Below are positions 58,393-64,000 of a stretch of DNA of 64,000 bases, one piece after another (position 1 is the stretch's first letter; every line of letters starts with the position of its first letter). The DNA comes from Candidatus Shapirobacteria bacterium (GTDB taxonomy: Bacteria; Patescibacteriota; Microgenomatia; UBA12405), in contig JBAZYN010000001.1 in the NCBI GenBank assembly GCA_041659325.1, positions 3,098-67,097 on the forward strand, in the 5' to 3' direction. A model generated the notes under the pieces. The model saw only the letters and a program-made list of their open reading frames with translations, ran no database searches and was not told the origin of the DNA. Position numbers and translations under genes: made by a program.

Positions 58393-60003
58393 ATGACCAT
58401 CAGAGAGCGTGTTGCTATCTTTTCTATCAAGAAACAAAACAGCATCCTTTCGGCGTCTCTGGTTCTCGGGATAACTTTTGCCATCTCGGCCCTCCTTGGC
58501 TTTTTGAGGAGTCGTTTCCTTTACGCCCACTTTTTCAAGTGCTGTGTGCTTGAGCTGGATGTATACAATGCTGCCTTCCGCCTACCCGATCTGGTTTTCA
58601 AGCTTTTGGTAACCGGGGCTCTGTCTGCCTCATTTATTCCCGTATTTTCAAGTTATTTACACAAAGACAAGGAAACTGCTGATAAAATCGGGTCAACTGT
58701 CATTAACCTACTTTTCATCGTTTTTTTATTTTGCTCCATTTCTATCTTTATCTTTGCCCGTCCACTAACGAGAATTATTGCCAGCGGATTCTCCGCCGAT
58801 CAGCTAGCTTTAATGGTCGATCTTACACGGATACTTCTTGTTGCCCAGGTGTTTTTTCTTATCAGTAACTTCGTCACGGCCATCCTGCAAGTTAACCAAA
58901 TATTTATCATCCCAGCCCTCTCCCCGATTACCTACAATATCTTCATCATTCTTGGTATTTTCACTCTCGCTCCCACCTTTGGTATATATGGAGTAGTTTA
59001 TGGCGTAGTTATAGGATCTTTTTTCCACCTTGCTATTCAAATCCCTGTGCTAAGAAAAATCGGTTTTAATTACACCCGCCTGATAAATATTCGGCTGAAG
59101 GGAGTCAAAGAAGTATTTAGGCTTATGGTTCCCCGGAGCCTCTCTCTTGGCCTTGGGGAAATTGAAAACACGGTAACTTTATTTTTTGCTTCTAGCCTGG
59201 CCGCCGGATCAATTTCTCTTCTAAATCTATCACTCCAGTTAATGTATCTTCCCAGTAGAATTTTTGGCACCACCATCGGGCAGGCATCACTTCCCATTCT
59301 TTCAAAAAATATTGCCCGAAACGAAATGGATATTTTTAGACAAACCGTCAAAAAAACTTTATTGCAAAGTGTTTTTATTGCTCTGCCTATCACCACCCTC
59401 ATTCTGATCCAAAGAGTTTCTATTGTCAGGATTGCTTTTGGCAGTCGAGAATTTCCTTGGACGGCAACGCTGCTAACCGCAAGGATTTTGGCTTTTTTGA
59501 CCCCGGCCATTGTCTGTCAGGCTGTTAGCCAGATTTTAATTAGGTCGTTTTATGCCATGCACAACACCAAAATCCCCCTTTATGTTTCTTTTTTCTCGCT
59601 TGTATTAAACATTTCTTCAAGTTACTACCTAATTAACTTCACTAGCCTCGGCGTAATCGGTCTGGCTATCAGCGCTTCTCTGAGTAATATTGTCCAATTT
59701 GTTGGTCTCTTCTGGCTTTTTATCAAAAAAGTTGATGGCTTTTATTGGGACGATGTCTTTAAGAGATTCGGGAAAATGGTTTTCGCTTCTCTTTTGACCG
59801 GGTTAATTTCATGGGGGTTGGTCAAGTTATTAGATGTCTTCGTCCTGGATACAAGTAAAACAACAAATCTGGTTATGCTTTTTTCCGTCTCTACATTTTT
59901 TGGAATTTTCGTGTATTTTGTCATCTCCCATTGGCTTATGGTCCAAGAATGCCGTGATTTTGAAAAATATTTCATAAAACTGAAACAATTAGTTTTAAAG
60001 TAA
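58393..60003 (+). CDS. murJ: Lipid II flippase MurJ (MviN family)
   Basis: 14 TM helices; N-terminal pattern SASLVLGITFAISALLGFLRSRFLYAHF; about 536 aa. Confidence 0.85.
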   Translation: MTIRERVAIFSIKKQNSILSASLVLGITFAISALLGFLRSRFLYAHFFKCCVLELDVYNAAFRLPDLVFKLLVTGALSASFIPVFSSYLHKDKETADKIGSTVINLLFIVFLFCSISIFIFARPLTRIIASGFSADQLALMVDLTRILLVAQVFFLISNFVTAILQVNQIFIIPALSPITYNIFIILGIFTLAPTFGIYGVVYGVVIGSFFHLAIQIPVLRKIGFNYTRLINIRLKGVKEVFRLMVPRSLSLGLGEIENTVTLFFASSLAAGSISLLNLSLQLMYLPSRIFGTTIGQASLPILSKNIARNEMDIFRQTVKKTLLQSVFIALPITTLILIQRVSIVRIAFGSREFPWTATLLTARILAFLTPAIVCQAVSQILIRSFYAMHNTKIPLYVSFFSLVLNISSSYYLINFTSLGVIGLAISASLSNIVQFVGLFWLFIKKVDGFYWDDVFKRFGKMVFASLLTGLISWGLVKLLDVFVLDTSKTTNLVMLFSVSTFFGIFVYFVISHWLMVQECRDFEKYFIKLKQLVLK

Positions 60004-60030
60004 ATACATTATGTATATACTTAATTCAAT

Positions 60031-60600
60031 ATGCCTGCCAAAAAGGAAATTTCTTTGCTCCCGGACGAAGAAAATCCAAACTCACCTTCGGCTAGATTTC
60101 TCAGATGGATTACCACAATTGGTCGTTTCATAATTGTCTTTACTGAGTTGATTGTTATTAGTGCTTTTCTTTCCCGTTTCTGGTTAGATCGAAAGAATTC
60201 GGATTATTCAGAAGTCCTCCGTCAACATAAGGCAATATTGGAAAGTACCCAGGAATTCGAACAAGAATATTCCCTCCTTCAGCAAAGGCTAAAAGTAATC
60301 AAAGACTTCTATTCAAAAACTCCCGAATACAACAGCAAGATAGCCTCACTTGCCGAAAGCACCCCGAATGGTATCGTCTTTAACAACCTTACCCTGGAAA
60401 ACAACACCGACAAAAAAAGCATTGTCGCCAACATTGACCTGATATCCCTTAGGGAAGAATCAATAATCGATCTAATCACCAATTTAACTGTTAACGAAAA
60501 TATCAAGACCGTGGACGTAAAAAGTATCGAAAAAAAGCCAAAAGAAAATAAATACTCTGTAAAACTGTATCTAGTGTTTAAGCCGGACAAAAAAACATGA
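60031..60600 (+). CDS. PilN-like type IV pilus assembly protein
   Basis: N-terminal ISLLP (INLLP-like) motif, single TM helix, coiled-coil periplasmic domain; 189 aa. Confidence 0.5.
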   Translation: MPAKKEISLLPDEENPNSPSARFLRWITTIGRFIIVFTELIVISAFLSRFWLDRKNSDYSEVLRQHKAILESTQEFEQEYSLLQQRLKVIKDFYSKTPEYNSKIASLAESTPNGIVFNNLTLENNTDKKSIVANIDLISLREESIIDLITNLTVNENIKTVDVKSIEKKPKENKYSVKLYLVFKPDKKT

Positions 60601-61250
60601 TTCAAACAAACATATTTTCTAAGGGGCGTCCGCTAACTGAATACCTCAAAAAACAAGTTGAAAATAGGAAATTCGTAAAATCCTTAGAAACAAGCGGAAC
60701 CTTTGCCCTAATAACCTTTTTTCTTTTCTTTGCTATCAGGCCGACGGCCTTGACTATTTCCGCACTGATTGGAGAAATAAATGCAAAAGAGAAAATGATT
60801 TCAGAGATGAAGGGCAAGATTAGCGACCTGGTCTTAGCTCAGGACGCGTTCTCTCAGGTCCAGGAAAGATATGGCGTTATAAACTCAGCCCTTCCCGACA
60901 ATCCCGACTATCGTCAATCTATGGTTCAGATGGTTTCTGCCGCAAAAGAATCCGGCATAACCCTCGATAAGCTGAGCTACAATCTTATGGAAAATCCTAA
61001 AAATAGTCCTTTTCCTACGCAATTAGAATTTTACACGGTTGCCATAAGCAGAAAGACATCCTACGCATCAGCCCTGGATATAATCGACAAGTTACTTCAC
61101 AACCGCCGGCTAATTAGCCTTAAATCAGTCAGAATCGGCTCTGCCAAGGACGATACCGATACCACCGAAAATTCATCATCAGACAACTTGATAAACGTCA
61201 GTTTTACCAACGAAATATATTATTGGAAAAAAACTCAAAATGAAAAATAA
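60597..61250 (+). CDS. PilO-like pilus assembly protein
   Basis: Cytoplasmic N-terminus, TM helix, coiled coil then alpha/beta domain; 4-nt overlap with the PilN-like gene. Confidence 0.4.
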   Translation: MIQTNIFSKGRPLTEYLKKQVENRKFVKSLETSGTFALITFFLFFAIRPTALTISALIGEINAKEKMISEMKGKISDLVLAQDAFSQVQERYGVINSALPDNPDYRQSMVQMVSAAKESGITLDKLSYNLMENPKNSPFPTQLEFYTVAISRKTSYASALDIIDKLLHNRRLISLKSVRIGSAKDDTDTTENSSSDNLINVSFTNEIYYWKKTQNEK

Positions 61251-61494
61251 TAAGGTTGTTGGATATTTTCTCCTCATATCGATTTTTTCATTTTTAGCCA
61301 TCTTTGTTTATCTGGTTCAGAAGAGTTACAGCAACTTAATTGGGCCAATCGGTGAAACCAAGGCAAGTAATCTGACAAAACCAATTGATCCTGTCCTTGA
61401 TGTCGAAACAATTAACCTTATAGAACAAAGAAAAGAATACACCCAAGATAGTATAGTGTTACCTATTCCTATGATACCTACCCCATCTTCATAA
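61240..61494 (+). CDS. Small single-TM protein (PilP-like position)
   Basis: TM helix; coupled to flanking genes. Confidence 0.35.
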   Translation: MKNNKVVGYFLLISIFSFLAIFVYLVQKSYSNLIGPIGETKASNLTKPIDPVLDVETINLIEQRKEYTQDSIVLPIPMIPTPSS

Positions 61495-62771
61495 TGAAAA
61501 AAGAAAAAAAGATTCCTACGATTTTAGGTCTGATTTTTTTACTCATTAGTATCGTAGCTGGTGTTTACCTTTCTTCAACTACTATCAACACCAGATCCAA
61601 AGCAAGCGGTGATTGCAACCCAATCAACATCCAGACAACCAATATAACTCATACTTCTTTTGCCATTTCCTTCAGCACCTCGACCGATTGTCCCTCCCTG
61701 ATTTCCTTAGACAGTCGTATCATCAACAACTTCGTTCAAACTTCAAAAATCCATTATTTTTCCGTAGATAATTTAAAAGAAAGTACCGAATACAGCTATT
61801 CGATAGTTTCAGGCGGGGCAACTTATGAAGAACCGTCCTTTACGGTAAAAACTGCCAAAAAACCTTCCGGAACTGCTCCCTCGGCCGATATCGCCTGGGG
61901 GAAGGTATACAATCCCGATAAAAGCCCTGGAGCCTACTCTTTGGTCTATCTAATTATTCCCGATGGATCACCTCTGTCGGCCCTTGTTACCAGTAATGGT
62001 AACTGGAACATCACCTTCGCCAATAGTTACAACACGGAGAAAGAAGACTGGTTTACACCACAGCCCAATATAGATGAAGAAATATACATTGTTTCAGAGG
62101 ATGGTCATATAACCCAGATCATCGGAAATACTTCTAGGAATAATCCTGTTCCGGACATTATCATCGGACAAGACGTCTTTACCTCCGAGCAAATTGTACC
62201 GGAATCTATAGGAAATGTCGGCCTCGGATCCGACTACCCTTCTTCCTCGGCGGTAACTATATTAAATCCAAAAAACGGTGAAACTCTTTCTACCCTTAGG
62301 CCCGATTTTTTTGGCACGGCAAGTCCAAACTATACATTGACGGTAAGCATTTCCGGGCCGACCAACGCTTCCGGTAGCCCGGTTTCTGACTCTACCGGCA
62401 CTTGGCATTGGTCACCAGTTTCAAACTTAATTCCGGGTAATTATGTGATCAAGGCGGAGACCGCTGAACACAACTTTTCTGTTTCAGGGGAATCTGACTC
62501 ATTGGCTTATACTGCCAGTGGCAGTGGCAGTTTGACCACTCCTACTCAGATCCCGATTCCCAGTCCGACGGAGACCCCGGTTTCAATTTCCCAAACACCT
62601 ACCCCGGTTTCTACCTTATTCCCGACTCCAAGTTCCACTATAGAACCCACTTCTAGAACATATAAACCAAGCACTGACTCCGGCGTACCAAAAACAGGGA
62701 CCTCCTTCCCGACAATCCTACTTGGTGTTCTGTCAGTTTCTTTATTAGTATTTGGATTCTTACTAATTTGA
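61494..62771 (+). CDS. Surface protein with FN3-like domain, TP-rich stalk and C-terminal VPKTG plus hydrophobic tail
   Basis: Signal anchor; TNITHTSFAISFST FN3-like; C-terminus SGVPKTGTSFPTILLGVLSVSLLVFGFLLI. Confidence 0.5.
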   Translation: MKKEKKIPTILGLIFLLISIVAGVYLSSTTINTRSKASGDCNPINIQTTNITHTSFAISFSTSTDCPSLISLDSRIINNFVQTSKIHYFSVDNLKESTEYSYSIVSGGATYEEPSFTVKTAKKPSGTAPSADIAWGKVYNPDKSPGAYSLVYLIIPDGSPLSALVTSNGNWNITFANSYNTEKEDWFTPQPNIDEEIYIVSEDGHITQIIGNTSRNNPVPDIIIGQDVFTSEQIVPESIGNVGLGSDYPSSSAVTILNPKNGETLSTLRPDFFGTASPNYTLTVSISGPTNASGSPVSDSTGTWHWSPVSNLIPGNYVIKAETAEHNFSVSGESDSLAYTASGSGSLTTPTQIPIPSPTETPVSISQTPTPVSTLFPTPSSTIEPTSRTYKPSTDSGVPKTGTSFPTILLGVLSVSLLVFGFLLI

Positions 62772-62815
62772 TGTTGTAAAAACTTTATTTTTCTATAGAC
62801 TGAATACAAATAGCC

Positions 62816-64000
62816 ATGCAAAGCCAAAAGGTTAATAGATTTTATCGGGTTTTTAGTACCATATTTCTTGGTCTCTCCCTTGTAGGCGCGGTTGTCTTAG
62901 TAAAAAGGAATCAGGATCTTCGTAATTTTGCCCAAAATTGCAATGAAGGTTTTTGTAATAATGTTACCAATGAATCTACCTGTTGGACCCACGCGGGAAG
63001 CGGCTGTGCTTGGATAAGCAGTAGGTGCACCTGCAATAGCTCCACTCCCGGAGTTACCATTACCGGTAACTGTGATAGTTTTACTGTTTCCGGGGGGACT
63101 GCCACCTTATCCGTCGCTAATTGTAAACAGGAATATTTCCCGGGTAAAAATAAAAACCAATGTCAATCAGATGCCAATCAGGGTGTCGGCTGTGCCACCC
63201 AAACCAAACAATACGGTCCCGGTACCCATAGTATCTCCACCAGTGTCCAATGTGGCATTTACCAGGTTGATGCCACCGGTAATGGTTGGAACTGTGCCAA
63301 AACCGGTTGTAAGTGGGATGATAGTAAATGTACTACCGTCACTCCCACCAACACCCCGCCGCTCACTCCGACTCCTGCTATTCCGGACTTTTCGTGTAAA
63401 GGCTTAACTCTAAATGGCCAAAGTTCCGACATAACTATTACGATTGGAGAAACTGTTAAAATTTTGGCAACTGTCAGCCATTACGGAATTATTAGTAGCG
63501 CCAAAGTACCTGAGATCGGGGGTAGGGTAGGCAACGGCACGGATATCCGTCGTCTCTCCGAATCAACCAATCCCTCCTCCAATTTCACCCCCCCCACAAT
63601 CGGTGTATATGCAATTGAAGCAAATGCGTACGATTGTACCCAATGTAACTATCTCTGTTCTGCAGGAAAAACTCTTTACAAAAACGTCATTGGCCCAAAC
63701 CGTTGCACCACCGACGTTAATGATTGGAAAAACTTAAGCAAAGAATGTGTCAGTAATAACTGTATTCATTGGATTACGGTGATATCTCCAATTTCTACTC
63801 CCACCAAAACTCCTACACCAACCAGAACCCCCACAAATACTCCTACACCAACTAGAACTCCAAGTCCCACCAAGACACCTACACCAACCAGAACTCCCAC
63901 CCCGACCAAAACCCCCGTTCCTACCAAAACTCCCACTGGCACCCGCACCCCCACTCCGACCAACACTCCAGTTCCCACCAATACCCCCACCCCCACCGCC
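62816..64000 (+). CDS. Cys-rich secreted or membrane-anchored protein with C-terminal (TPTPTRTP)n repeat linker; 3'-partial, continues beyond the window
   Basis: ATG at 62816; open frame with no stop through 64000, translated by hand ([30 protein letters not shown]... about 28 Cys ...[18 protein letters not shown]); absent from the ORF track because no stop codon falls inside the window. Confidence 0.6.
   Translation, partial: MQSQKVNRFYRVFSTIFLGLSLVGAVVLVKRNQDLRNFAQNCNEGFCNNVTNESTCWTHAGSGCAWISSRCTCNSSTPGVTITGNCDSFTVSGGTATLSVANCKQEYFPGKNKNQCQSDANQGVGCATQTKQYGPGTHSISTSVQCGIYQVDATGNGWNCAKTGCKWDDSKCTTVTPTNTPPLTPTPAIPDFSCKGLTLNGQSSDITITIGETVKILATVSHYGIISSAKVPEIGGRVGNGTDIRRLSESTNPSSNFTPPTIGVYAIEANAYDCTQCNYLCSAGKTLYKNVIGPNRCTTDVNDWKNLSKECVSNNCIHWITVISPISTPTKTPTPTRTPTNTPTPTRTPSPTKTPTPTRTPTPTKTPVPTKTPTGTRTPTPTNTPVPTNTPTPTA
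63797..64000 (+). repeat. Tandem imperfect codon repeats encoding a T-P-T-P-T-(R/K/N)-T-P linker
   Basis: Repeated ACTCCTACACCAACCAGAAC-like units read directly from the sequence. Confidence 0.85.

Noticed and set aside
62911-63996. Track ORFs 62911-63105 (minus), 63072-63407 (plus) and 63766-63996 (minus, Gly/Val repeat)
   Set aside because: All lie inside a single uninterrupted plus-strand frame that starts at 62816; the GV repeat is the antisense reading of the TP codon repeats.
63797-64000. Short tandem repeats considered as a possible CRISPR array
   Set aside because: Units are about 24-30 nt, imperfect, lack unique spacers, and sit in frame encoding TPTPTRTP; they are coding linker repeats. 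No CRISPR array was found anywhere in the window.
1-64000. tRNA, rRNA and tmRNA genes
   Set aside because: No T-loop (GTTCGAATC-like) or acceptor-stem signatures were seen in intergenic regions, and no rRNA-like conserved stretches; none called. A proper tRNAscan or Infernal run would be needed to exclude them.

Overview
64 kb of AT-rich (roughly 40% GC), tightly packed bacterial chromosome. Gene content and style point to a Candidate Phyla Radiation / Patescibacteria-like organism; this is inference and no search was run. Supporting signs are many small membrane or secreted proteins, Thr/Pro linker repeats, a sortase, a type IV pilus-like PilN/PilO pair, an archaeal-type HMG-CoA synthase operon and near-absent biosynthesis. 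About 80 coding regions are supported. Housekeeping genes recognised from motifs include greA, a DEAD-box helicase, queA, rarA, map, folD, tatD, rpsT, murJ, an RluB/RsuA-type pseudouridine synthase, an RRM RNA-binding protein, and a MacAB-like efflux set next to a two-component system. No tRNA, rRNA or CRISPR array was found. Items singled out for a second look: (1) an archaeal-type mevalonate entry operon, thiolase then HMG-CoA synthase then DUF35 OB-fold protein, with 4-nt gene overlaps; (2) purF split by a -1 frameshift; (3) an IS200/RAYT-like Y1 transposase carrying a perfect 32-bp GC-rich palindrome in frame, lying between two diverged S51 peptidase paralogues; (4) a long Cys-rich, TP-repeat ORF at the 3' edge that is absent from the ORF track because it runs off the window; (5) a nuclease-rich cluster of DEDD-like exonuclease, degenerate HD protein, Cas4-like Fe-S nuclease and a non-canonical B12/radical-SAM protein; (6) a 1610-aa alpha-2-macroglobulin-like giant protein with no visible CxEQ thioester; (7) a C-terminally truncated korB; (8) two unusually long non-coding stretches, one of them a leader with an intrinsic terminator just upstream of an MFS transporter gene. 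All functional calls rest on motif recognition by eye, not on database hits.
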